57,516 bases of DNA. Origin: Candidatus Bathyarchaeia archaeon. GTDB lineage: Archaea > Halobacteriota > Bog-38 > Methanoflorentales > Methanoflorentaceae. The DNA is taken from NCBI GenBank assembly GCA_035626195.1, contig DASPOC010000113.1, forward strand, positions 1-57,516, written 5' to 3'. The position numbers and the translations under genes were made by a program. Of the stretch, positions 8,832 to 18,216 are shown piece after piece. The notes under the pieces were generated by a model. That model was not told the origin of the DNA and ran no database searches. It saw only the letters and a program-made list of their open reading frames with translations. Numbering within the stretch: position 1 is the first letter of the stretch; each line of letters opens with the position of its first letter.

Positions 8832-9630
8832 CTACACAACCAAGTCTTTCAAAACATCTGACAACACTTTTCGCTCAACAGATCCCATAGGAGAGGTATA
8901 TAAGTCCCACTCGGCCCGGACCCCTCCCTTTTCGTTCCACCTCAACAAACCCTTACAAGCCAACTCTGCTATCAATTCGGATAAGGTTTTATATGATGCA
9001 TGTTCTCGTCCATCAAAGCTTACGATAGTGTTAAATTCCTGACAAACTTGGGTCGGAGACTGCTCTTCCTCTTTACTGTAGACACAGCTTAGACCTTATG
9101 AGGAGGTGACAAACGGCCACTTCGCCGTGTCAAGGAGGCCTCAGGCAATCGCTGGGCCCGTCTCAGGTCGTCTTCTGTTACCGTGTTGTGACCCTCTTCC
9201 TGACAGTAATAAGCAGCAGTTGCAAGCAGATCCAGCGCATATCGGGCATCACCGTTTCGTTGGGCCGCAAGTGCGCCGCGCAAAAGAATAGTCTGCTTCA
9301 AGAGTGTTGGGATAAAAAAACGCCGTCTCGACACGGTATCTAGGATGGTCTTCAATTGGTTCGCATTATTGGTAGGGAAGGTCAACGTAATGTTCGGATG
9401 ACTGATCCGAGCGTTCGTGATCAACTCAGGAATGTCTATTTGTTGGTGATTCCGACACTGCAATTCCGAGCAAAGCATAAAATCAAGGGCGTGATCGCGT
9501 TCGCTGGAATTCTAAAACAGTAACTATTGCTTGGTCAAAATGCTTGTCGCGCCGTATCCAGGGAATTCGTTGTATAACGAATCATTACAGTGTTTTTTTA
9601 AGGTGCCACCAAAGCCGCTGTTGTGTACAA
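8832..9630 (-). pseudogene. orc1/cdc6 (archaeal replication initiator) remnant, 5'-truncated and frameshifted
   Basis: ORF 9089..9478 encodes ITLTFPTNNANQLKTILDTVSRR...RNGDARYALDLLATAAYYCQEEGHNTVTEDDLRRAQ, the AAA+ C-terminal part and lid with the GDAR.A.DLL signature. The winged-helix part EQSPTQVCQEFNTIVSFDGREHASYKTLSELIAELACKGLLRWNEKGGVRAEWDLY lies in another frame (about 9098 down to stop 8832-8834). Upstream sequence (9479-9630) has in-frame stops, and the N-terminal Walker A region is missing or unrecognisable. Confidence 0.75.
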
Positions 9631-9636
9631 CAGTCA

Positions 9637-10896
9637 TTAAAGCGATTTTTTGATCATATTATATACTCTTTCTGAGTTTTTACAATCTCGAAATTCATTA
9701 AAACGGTGGCAAATTTCCTTCCGTTGTGTTTTGTAGTCATCACATTGAAGATTGCGTTCCACAAACTCTAGGACCCCCTTCCAGTCTGTGGCTTTAGGGC
9801 CTGGCGTCACTTCATCATAGTCATAGAATAACTCTTGACCGTCCAAATCAACAAACTCGCGAAGATCAAAAGGAGCAAATATAATGGGCCGATCTAACAG
9901 CAAAAAATCAAAATAGACGCTCGAATAATCTGTAATCAGGAGATTGACACGTTTCAAAAGAGGATATATATCAGGCAATGCCGTGTCGGAAGGCGTAAAA
10001 ATTCTGCTTTTTTGGTTGCCATATTCTGGATGTAGCCCTATTTCAGCTCCTCGCTCATGCACTTTCATTATTAGAATTGCATTTATCCGGGTGAGCAATG
10101 CTTCTACTTCGTCAATATCGAATCCGTAATCAAAAAGCAGATCCCTCTTTTGGCCAATGTCTTGGCGCCGCCACGTTGGCAGGTAACAAATCACAAACGT
10201 AAAATCAACTATACGTTTTATATTCTCAAGATACGGGCAGTTATCATCGGACCACCATGCGTCTAGCAATACATCATTTCGTGGATATCCCGTAACAACT
10301 ACATTCATATTAGATCGAAAGGCTGGAAGTTCGTCGAAGGCGGATAACATCGTTTCTCTTGACTCTTGGGATGTCGCGATGGTAAGATCATAGTGTTCAG
10401 CCTCAAAGCCAAATATGCTAGCCATCAGGCTTCTCACGAACAGCCACAAACGAAGCGTGAGTTTATGATTCCTAAAGCGGTATTTACTGGTTACGAGCAG
10501 TTTCTTTAGTGGGGTGCCGTGCCAGAGTTGCACTACTTTTGCTCCTCTGATCAGGCTTCGATTGACGTCCCACAACGAAGTTGAAACGATTACGCATCCG
10601 GCCCGTAATGAGTGCAAAATACCCTCTAGGCTGCTCACGTGATACGCACAATATCCGTTCTCCCTCAGCATTTCGATGATATCTGTATTGCGCGATAACC
10701 AAACACAAGTAATATCGGGGTAGTTCTCTGTTACATAAAGAAAGAGGTATTTCGAATTATCTGCAAATTTCTGGCCGAGTGGGGACCCAAAAATCCATAT
10801 ATTTGGATCTTTATGGAAAAATCCTGAAGCAAAATACTCAATGTTGAAAGTAACGTTAGCAAGAGTGTGCTTGAGTTTCAAGTAACACTTATTCAT
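9637..10896 (-). CDS. CDP-glycerol/ribitol glycerophosphotransferase family protein (TagB/TagF-like)
   Basis: Motifs [19 protein letters not shown] and [30 protein letters not shown] are typical of the Glyphos_transf family. 419 aa. Confidence 0.85.
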   Translation of the reverse strand: MNKCYLKLKHTLANVTFNIEYFASGFFHKDPNIWIFGSPLGQKFADNSKYLFLYVTENYPDITCVWLSRNTDIIEMLRENGYCAYHVSSLEGILHSLRAGCVIVSTSLWDVNRSLIRGAKVVQLWHGTPLKKLLVTSKYRFRNHKLTLRLWLFVRSLMASIFGFEAEHYDLTIATSQESRETMLSAFDELPAFRSNMNVVVTGYPRNDVLLDAWWSDDNCPYLENIKRIVDFTFVICYLPTWRRQDIGQKRDLLFDYGFDIDEVEALLTRINAILIMKVHERGAEIGLHPEYGNQKSRIFTPSDTALPDIYPLLKRVNLLITDYSSVYFDFLLLDRPIIFAPFDLREFVDLDGQELFYDYDEVTPGPKATDWKGVLEFVERNLQCDDYKTQRKEICHRFNEFRDCKNSERVYNMIKKSL

Positions 10897-11679
10897 AATT
10901 CCAAAAAAGATGCATTGGGCGGAGGTCTAATCGGCATCGAGCGCCTCTTTTGACGTTCTGCACCGGACGTTACGCTGTCCTTTCTATCAAACTTCGCCAT
11001 CTGTTGGATACACGGCCACGTCCCATCATAGTCAAATCGATGCGATCGCAAGGCCAATTTGTTAATAAAGCTTTCGCATATAGTCTGCGCACGCTCTGTG
11101 CGCTCCTGGTAGCGGCTTTCTCATAGGCGGCACTCCACAACAATCGCGTGACAATCGTTACTCTCGGGTGCTTGTTTGGTCATTTTTGAGCCTGAGGCCT
11201 TTTCAGCAAGAAATAATGGATCAAATGGTAATTTCATTTTTTTGCTCATTAGAGCAGCCGAATTCACAGGTTGCCTTTTTTCGTTTTTCCATATAATGGT
11301 TATGATCTCAGTTCTCACGCACAAACTACTGCTCATATTCGTTCTTGTTGTAAAGCCACGTTCGACGGTTTGAATCGAAATTTGGCGAAAGGATCCAACT
11401 CTTCGCGAATTGCTGCTCGGAAGATAAACATATCGGCGGTCGGTTGATCCCGCCGGTGCAGCCAGGTACTGATGCGAGCGAGGCATGCAAAAATACCGGA
11501 GCATAATAGCTAAATTCGCGCGTGTGACAGCGCTATACTTCTCGAGGGTATTGTTGCATCAATCGTCGGAAAAGAGCAGCTATCAAGAGTAGAGTTTGCT
11601 TTGATTAGACTCCTAACGCGCTTTCGCGAGGCTTCACGATCATTTGCCCGCATCTTGCTGGTTTGATGCAAGGCGCACC

Positions 11680-12708
11680 TCATTCAAGAATGCACCGACA
11701 GAATTCTTCAACGCACCCATAAGGCCATTCGTTTCTGAGGTTCGATACGAGGCACTTCACGTAGGCATCCAACGTTTTTTTCGCGCATATTTCGCTTTTC
11801 ATGGCGGATTTGATGAACAGCACACAGAGCGAATATACAAACGCGGTCGCAAATTGCCATCTTGACAAGCTCTCCGTGACAAAATAGAGCCATGAAAAGG
11901 TCAGCAAGTATCTATTCTTCGAGCAGCACTGCTTACCGTGACTGGGATGGATCACGTAACCTAAATGTTCTGGACGAACCTTGTTGATAACCGCACCAAG
12001 CTTTGATTCGTCTCTCGGTCTAAGTGGGGACTCTTGCAACGCTTTTTTGAGCCGAAGGTCTGGGTGTCGGACTTCGGCTGCGTCGACCGCTATAATGGCA
12101 ATTTTCGCGGGCAGCGCGCGACGCGCGTAATCATAATCTTCCAAACCGACGAAGAAATGACAAGCGTCATAATATCCGATCAAGTCCATAACTTTCTTTG
12201 AAATGAGAACTCCGTGTGTGCCAAAAGCGTCTATCTGGGACATGTCCGCACTCAAACGAACGGGACGCAGATGTCCAAAAAAGTTTTTCTTCAGCCTTTC
12301 GCGCGTAAAAACCACCCAAGGCCGGTCTATATCGACCTTTTTGGGACAAAGAATGTCACCGTCATCAGCGTGCTTCAGCAACTCGGTTAGACAGAGATCT
12401 GATGCAACCCCATCCTGATCTACGGGCCATAGCCAATCGAAACCATTCTCATGGGCAACTTTCATACCGTGGTGAAAGCCGCCGGCAGAGCCCGCGTTGC
12501 TTTTGGTTTGGTGGTAATAGGTAAAGGGGTACTGTCTAGAGTGCGTGTCGAATACTTTTTTGTTTTCTGCTAAGTATCTATGATCTGAGTTATCGATAAC
12601 GATGAGCCCACGTAAAGCCGGCCCTTGATTCGTGAGTGACGAGAGCAGACGCGCAAGTTCTTTTGGTTCGTTGTAGGCGACTGTTGCTGCGCAAACCTGC
12701 ACTGTCAT
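11680..12708 (-). CDS. GT2-family glycosyltransferase (rhamnosyltransferase-like) with a hydrophobic C-terminal tail
   Basis: VCAATVAYNEPKELARLLSSL...LIVIDNSD...NAGSAGGFHHGMKVAHENGFDWLWPVDQDG. Confidence 0.85.
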   Translation of the reverse strand: MTVQVCAATVAYNEPKELARLLSSLTNQGPALRGLIVIDNSDHRYLAENKKVFDTHSRQYPFTYYHQTKSNAGSAGGFHHGMKVAHENGFDWLWPVDQDGVASDLCLTELLKHADDGDILCPKKVDIDRPWVVFTRERLKKNFFGHLRPVRLSADMSQIDAFGTHGVLISKKVMDLIGYYDACHFFVGLEDYDYARRALPAKIAIIAVDAAEVRHPDLRLKKALQESPLRPRDESKLGAVINKVRPEHLGYVIHPSHGKQCCSKNRYLLTFSWLYFVTESLSRWQFATAFVYSLCVLFIKSAMKSEICAKKTLDAYVKCLVSNLRNEWPYGCVEEFCRCILE

Positions 12709-12857
12709 TTTCGAATCGTAGATTTAATTGTGCGATTTATAACTGTTCGTTCTCGCCGATGACCTTTGTTGACGCGGCCGCCTCGTAGCTGCTATCCTCG
12801 ACTAAATGCTGTGCATAGTCCGGTCATAAAGACGCCATTTGATGTTGCACAATGGGT

Positions 12858-13979
12858 CTAATCTGCATTTAAGGACTCTTTTGACGTTCTGCAGCGCGCG
12901 TTACAGTGCGCCTTTTGACACACGGCGTCTGCTATTTTTTCTGCCATTAATCTCGCCGTCGTTAGCTTTCCCCCAATAATATGGAACATGTTGCTCGGAT
13001 CCTCGATCACCTTAAAATCACGAGACTTCAAGCGTCCGTCTGCGTCGTGCCGACCCAACTCGACCGCGCCGTGATCGCCGTCTGCGAGTGCCCTTACACC
13101 AGTGAACATGCGCAGCGTAGGGCGGCGCTTTACATTTGGAAGGATGTGAGCGAATTCATTTTTTAGATACGTGTCAGCCCAAGGTTCAGGATGTGCGTCT
13201 TCCGGTCTCTGGATTGTTGTCGAAGTTGTGCCTAGCCAGCCATACCCGTTGTGTACAATGTACGCGTCTGCATCCGACGGCTCGCGCAAATGCTGGATAC
13301 CTCGTGAGCAGAGCGCCTTTTGAACGATAATGGTTCCTTGGCTGTAGGTTAATGGAATGGTCGCGTCAACGATACTCGCTACGGTATTTACCCACGGGCC
13401 GGTTGCGTTAATTACGTAGTTGGCCTTCAATTTGCCTAAGCTGGTAGATATTACGAATTCCTGTTCAGCTTTGTGTATCGACCGAAGCTCTTGGTTCTCG
13501 AACAGACTCCCTCCATTTTGCTTTGCAGAATAACAGTTCAGCCAACAAAATCGCTGCGCGTTTATGTTTTTATCGGCCGTTTCCACAGCAACGTTTAGAT
13601 CTCTGTTTAATTCAGGAATCTCCTTCAATACTTCATGAATATCAACTTCTTTCGCTTGAATGTGTAGCTTTTTGGCTGCCTGCAACGCAGATAGTGCGTA
13701 TTCGCTAGTCACCCCGACGAAGTAGTTCAGCACATCTCCGACCACTTCTGAAGCGATATCAGAAATGATTTCGTTCTCTTTGGCGCATTCTTGCGCAACT
13801 ACTGGATCTTTCAAAACGTACCGCATCCCGCCCAGTAAGTTTTGATGGGAAGACGAAGTCGTGCCGCTCGCTATAGTTCGTTTTTCGATGAGGGCCACTG
13901 AGAAGCCCCTCATTGATAAATCTCGAAAAGTGGCGGTGCCTGTCGCCCCGCCACCAAATATAACTACTTCATATCTCAT
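12858..13979 (-). CDS. FAD-dependent oxidoreductase, glycerol-3-phosphate dehydrogenase (GlpA/GlpD)-like
   Basis: MRYEVVIFGGGATGTATFRDLSMRGFSVALIEKR...GTTSSSHQNLLGGMRY. I prefer the start at 13979 (MRYEV). The listed ORF runs to 14018, and that extension overlaps the upstream gene. Confidence 0.8.
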   Translation of the reverse strand: MRYEVVIFGGGATGTATFRDLSMRGFSVALIEKRTIASGTTSSSHQNLLGGMRYVLKDPVVAQECAKENEIISDIASEVVGDVLNYFVGVTSEYALSALQAAKKLHIQAKEVDIHEVLKEIPELNRDLNVAVETADKNINAQRFCWLNCYSAKQNGGSLFENQELRSIHKAEQEFVISTSLGKLKANYVINATGPWVNTVASIVDATIPLTYSQGTIIVQKALCSRGIQHLREPSDADAYIVHNGYGWLGTTSTTIQRPEDAHPEPWADTYLKNEFAHILPNVKRRPTLRMFTGVRALADGDHGAVELGRHDADGRLKSRDFKVIEDPSNMFHIIGGKLTTARLMAEKIADAVCQKAHCNARCRTSKESLNAD

Positions 13980-14712
13980 GCGTTCCGTGCTCGAGCTGTG
14001 TGATTCTTTGGCGAACAAGTCGTGCTTGAATTAGATCATCATACGTGTCTATTTCACAGCGGAGCATCCCATCTGTATGAAGGACGTGCACTGCGGAGGG
14101 AAATTTAAGTAGAAGTCTATTCAGCGGTTCGGAATACCATTCGAGTTTTGCTCTTGGCTTTTTCAGCGCTTGCTTGAATTCGTTTAAGAGCTCATTACTC
14201 ATCTTAATCATACTCGTATACACGGTGTTGCCTGGAACTGACTTACCAATGCTCGCGGCGGAACCATTTTTTACCAGGACCTTGCAATCTTCAGGTTCTA
14301 TTTTTTTTCCATTTTCGACTACACAGGCGTTGTCGTGCGGTGACTGGACCAATCTTCTCAGTAACTCAAATTCAAACAATATATCGCCATCCAGGACGAG
14401 GACAGCGTCTACAGCGGGATCGACGTGTTCCAAGGCAAGTGACAAGCTATATGCATTGTCGGTTTCATAAAACAATTTGTTATCGACGATAGTGACCGGC
14501 AGATTATAGTCTGACTCCTTTATGTGCTTCTGTATCAAACCACGCTTATAACCTGCAACAACCAGGGCGCATTTGATCTCCAGTTTTGCCAAACGCCGCA
14601 TCTGATAATCGAGGATGGTTTCATCATTGAGGCATAACAAGCATTTAGGCACCTCTTCGGTCAGTGGCCGAAGTCTGGTTGACCTACCGGCTGCGAGAAT
14701 TATCGCTTTCAT
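13969..14712 (-). CDS. LicC-type nucleotidyltransferase (probable CDP-alcohol-forming cytidylyltransferase)
   Basis: MKAIILAAGRSTRLRPLTEEVPKCLL, plus DNKLFYETDNAYSLSLAL resembling LicC-family NDKY..NN.YSL. Preferred start is 14712 (the ORF track extends to 14736). It overlaps the downstream dehydrogenase gene by 11 nt. Confidence 0.75.
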   Translation of the reverse strand: MKAIILAAGRSTRLRPLTEEVPKCLLCLNDETILDYQMRRLAKLEIKCALVVAGYKRGLIQKHIKESDYNLPVTIVDNKLFYETDNAYSLSLALEHVDPAVDAVLVLDGDILFEFELLRRLVQSPHDNACVVENGKKIEPEDCKVLVKNGSAASIGKSVPGNTVYTSMIKMSNELLNEFKQALKKPRAKLEWYSEPLNRLLLKFPSAVHVLHTDGMLRCEIDTYDDLIQARLVRQRITQLEHGTHEI

Positions 14713-15193
14713 CCTCTGCCCACCCTTATCTCTCATTGGTCACCGGCTGTTTTTTAAGGTCGTTAACAACTCAAGATATTCAGCGTCTTCTACTCATAGG
14801 GGTAAATTATTGCCACATAAATAGCTACAGACAAAGTGACTACTATAATCACGTCTCGAGTCTAGTGCTCTCTGTGACTTAAGTTACAAAAAGACCGGCT
14901 AATAAAACTTGTGCTATACTTTTCATCGTTGCTCATGTCAAGCGCCTATTCTGTGCGCGAAAAAATGACGTCTACAGTCCAATCAGCCCCATTACTCATG
15001 TGAGGACCGCTGAGCTAATGTAACTAATCACGCTATACAAACGAGCTCACGTCTCGCTACAACTTTGGGGGACAAAGTGGACATGGTCTCCAATCCTGAG
15101 ATCTTTCATCAAATATGAATTTAAGGGATAGAAAGTAAGCGAATAAAAACGCTTCTTCACGTCAATAACGAAACGCACCTTGCTGATCTAGTT

Positions 15194-16459
15194 TCATACC
15201 GCATATTCGCCGCCGCCGTAGTATCTATTAAAAAGAGCATCATAAACATCGATATTTTTCTTCGCGACGTTGTGCCAATGGTAGTAGTTTTTCGCGCGTT
15301 CTCTGTTTGCACGAAACGGTGCACCGTCCTCAAGAACCTTGACTACTGCGCTTGCAATTGCATTGGAATCCCTGGGCGGGATCAGCACTCCTGCTTCAAA
15401 CTGCTCGACCAGACTCGGTATCCCTTCGACGTTGGTTCCGATAAACGGTGTTCCGCACGCCATTGCTTCGATCCCCACAACCCCTAGTCCTTCAATCAGA
15501 GACGGGAGAACAAACACATCTGCTGCGTTATAGTAAAGTGGCAATTTCTCATCGGGAACCCTGGGTTCAGAATCTGTAGCTGGAATGAAATGAATCTTGT
15601 CCTGAATGTGTAGCTTCTGGGCCAAAAGTTGAAGGTGATTTTTATAGTATCCTTCTCCAACCAAAAGCAGTTCGGTATCGGGCAGCCTCTCGCGTATAGG
15701 TAGCATGGACCGAATCAGATAGCCCAACCCCTTCCTCTCGACCATCCCCGCGACGCATAATACGTACTTTTTGTTGGAATCTAACCCTAAGTCGTCTCTT
15801 GCTCCGTTCTTGTCGAGTCTCCTATACACAGAGAAATCGATCCCCATTGTCGAGATGTGGACTTTTTCTGCTCCAGCCAAGCGTGAAAAGTATCTTTCAG
15901 TAGGCTTATTGAGAACAAGGAAACAGTCGACGCGTTTTTTTAAGGCTCTTTCGAAAAAGAATCCTTTTAACAAGTAAGACGCTAAATAGTTGTATCTCAC
16001 CCGTTCTGGAGTTTCCAAAAAGAGCTGCAAGAGCGATCTATCTTCGTGGCATTGAACTAATATCGGAGTTTTCTTGATGAAGATAGATGCAAAAACAGTT
16101 GTCCAAGTGAACGCCGAGTGCAAGTGCACAAGCGAATTCTGTTTTTTCACTTCGATGCGCAATTCTCGCAATAATGGCCAAGAAATCTCTCCGAGGTTGA
16201 TTCGATCGGATCCCACGTATTGTGCGGGGAAGAATCGATAAAGTACGTCGCCCTCCTTCGTTGCAAATTCTTTCTCTAACTGGTTTTCGATGCTCCAACA
16301 CTCTAGGTCATATCTGTCCGTGCTCTTTGCAATCTGCTGAGCGAGTCGAACGTGCCACCCGCCGCCATAAGGAAGTTCGTTAATCTCTTCTTTTGCTCGA
16401 AAGTCGGGTAAAAAAGAAGAAAACGAATGCGTATTGGCTAATATAACTTTTTCTTTCAT
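15194..16459 (-). CDS. GT4-family (GT-B) glycosyltransferase
   Basis: C-terminal signature ADVFVLPSLIEGLGVVGIEAMACGTPFIGTNVEGIPSLV. Confidence 0.9.
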   Translation of the reverse strand: MKEKVILANTHSFSSFLPDFRAKEEINELPYGGGWHVRLAQQIAKSTDRYDLECWSIENQLEKEFATKEGDVLYRFFPAQYVGSDRINLGEISWPLLRELRIEVKKQNSLVHLHSAFTWTTVFASIFIKKTPILVQCHEDRSLLQLFLETPERVRYNYLASYLLKGFFFERALKKRVDCFLVLNKPTERYFSRLAGAEKVHISTMGIDFSVYRRLDKNGARDDLGLDSNKKYVLCVAGMVERKGLGYLIRSMLPIRERLPDTELLLVGEGYYKNHLQLLAQKLHIQDKIHFIPATDSEPRVPDEKLPLYYNAADVFVLPSLIEGLGVVGIEAMACGTPFIGTNVEGIPSLVEQFEAGVLIPPRDSNAIASAVVKVLEDGAPFRANRERAKNYYHWHNVAKKNIDVYDALFNRYYGGGEYAV

Positions 16460-16504
16460 CGCCGTGCACTCCGCTCGAGTGACGAAGCGTCCCTGCTCTT
16501 TTGA

Positions 16505-17593
16505 CTATAGGATGGAATCGTATGCGTTTATGGTATTTTGAACGGTTGTTTCCCAGCTAAATCTATGTGCTCGTGTAGAGCCCTTGGATCGTAAACTTTC
16601 ACGCAAACTCTCATCGGTTGTTATATCGAGAATCTTTCCTGAGATGTCTGCCGAGTTCAGCGGATCGTCTATGTATAGTCCTGCATCTCCCGCAACTTCT
16701 CTCAGCGAACTGTTGTCTGAGAGCACGACCGGAGCGTTGCACGCCATGGCTTCAAGAGGTGGCAGTCCAAACCCTTCATAAAGTGATGGGAAGATCAAAG
16801 CAGTCGCTGCGCCATAAATTCGTGGCAAGTCTTCGTACGCTACGTATCCGAGCACTTTTATTCTTCTTTGCGCTTCCTTTTTGACGTGACTGGGAAGGTC
16901 GCTCGAATTAATGTAACCTCGTATCTTGTTCTCGTTAATCGGTCCAATAAGCACCAAATCGTCAGATATTTCTTGAAAAACGCTCACGTACGCGCTAATC
17001 AGGGTTTTTAGGTTCTTTCGCGGACCGTCGTCGCCAACGCAGAGCAAATAACTACGTCGAAGGTTATATTTGCGCGTAACTTGACTGCAGTCGCTCTGAG
17101 GATGAAAAAAAGACGTGTCGACCCCTAAATGGATAACTGTAAGCTTCTCTTTGCGAACTCCAAATTTTGCGATCAAATCTGTCATCGTAGAGTAGCTGTC
17201 TACTATGATTAAATCACAGTTTTCGATCAGCCTTGGGAGTACGATCGCAAAATCAAACCGTAGTATGCGATCGGGCACGACTCGCGTGTAGTATTCCGGC
17301 AGCATAACCGGCGCAATATCGTGAACGGTGAGCACCTTTTTTGCTGGAAGGTTCCGGTGTCGAAAGAGAAACGGTCCGAGGTTATCCACATTATGTATGA
17401 GAGAGGTCGACTCATTCGTTATCAGATGCTTCAATAGCAGACTGCCCAAGAAAACTCTTGCGTTTGGGCGGTTTAATGCAAAATGGTGCAACACCTTCAC
17501 ATCAATGTCTCGCGCTCGCAAGCCTCGTATCAGGTGTCTGTTTAGCGCCCACTCCCCAGTTTTGGTTGTCGGTGGTATTATAGCTACTCTCAT
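16505..17593 (-). CDS. GT4-family (GT-B) glycosyltransferase
   Basis: ALIFPSLYEGFGLPPLEAMACNAPVVLSDNSSLREVAGDAG. Confidence 0.9.
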   Translation of the reverse strand: MRVAIIPPTTKTGEWALNRHLIRGLRARDIDVKVLHHFALNRPNARVFLGSLLLKHLITNESTSLIHNVDNLGPFLFRHRNLPAKKVLTVHDIAPVMLPEYYTRVVPDRILRFDFAIVLPRLIENCDLIIVDSYSTMTDLIAKFGVRKEKLTVIHLGVDTSFFHPQSDCSQVTRKYNLRRSYLLCVGDDGPRKNLKTLISAYVSVFQEISDDLVLIGPINENKIRGYINSSDLPSHVKKEAQRRIKVLGYVAYEDLPRIYGAATALIFPSLYEGFGLPPLEAMACNAPVVLSDNSSLREVAGDAGLYIDDPLNSADISGKILDITTDESLRESLRSKGSTRAHRFSWETTVQNTINAYDSIL

Positions 17594-18216
17594 AACGCGC
17601 CTAATTCACTATCACACCGTGCTGCCCCCATATTAAAATTGTTTTGTTGGGATCGGCGTAAACGAAGGTGACGGCTCCTCTGACAATGGGCACTGCGACG
17701 CGCACCCTGCGTCAGATAACGCGAACCGGTCGGTTTGTCCAATCGCGCACGTCCGCAGCTCTTTAAGATCCTTCGCGATGAGCGACTGGGACTCTTTCGC
17801 ACGCAGTTCGCCAACCTGCCCGCGCAGTGTTTCGCCGCCTGACATACACATAAAATTGCTTTCCACTTTTGCATATCTGCCGGTCAGCATACATCCTATC
17901 GCAGACAACGACCTTTTGATGGGCTGCAGTTAGCGGTCTCGCCCTCCAACAAAAGCGGGTTAGGCTTACCAAAAACCGTGCCCGCTTTGGGCGATCGCCG
18001 CGACGAAACTCACGCTCAAGTAGAGTAATCGGGATGTTTGCGATTGGCTGGCGCTTGGGACGCTGAATGTGCGTGTCGGTTGCATATCAAGCAGTTGCAC
18101 ATAGCAGACAGTAAACCGTGCTACCGCTGTGTTTAACGCTCACATGTGCGAGCAAAACCGGAAGCCTTATAGCTTCTTTCTACATCGTCCGCGTTATAAA
18201 CGGTTAGGCGACTATC

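Noticed and set aside
10897-11679. ORFs 11121..11504 (minus) and 11176..11373 (plus) between the TagF-like gene and the GT2 gene
   Set aside because: They overlap each other and show no motifs, and the composition looks non-coding. A short MSKKMK... start resembling one near 4270 is probably coincidence. There is not enough evidence to call a gene or pseudogene.
17590-17972. Three overlapping minus-strand ORFs (69-94 aa) in the divergent intergenic region
   Set aside because: They are mutually exclusive frames with Arg/Cys/Ser-rich translations and no homology features. They lie exactly at the GC-content transition, which is most likely a regulatory or junction region.
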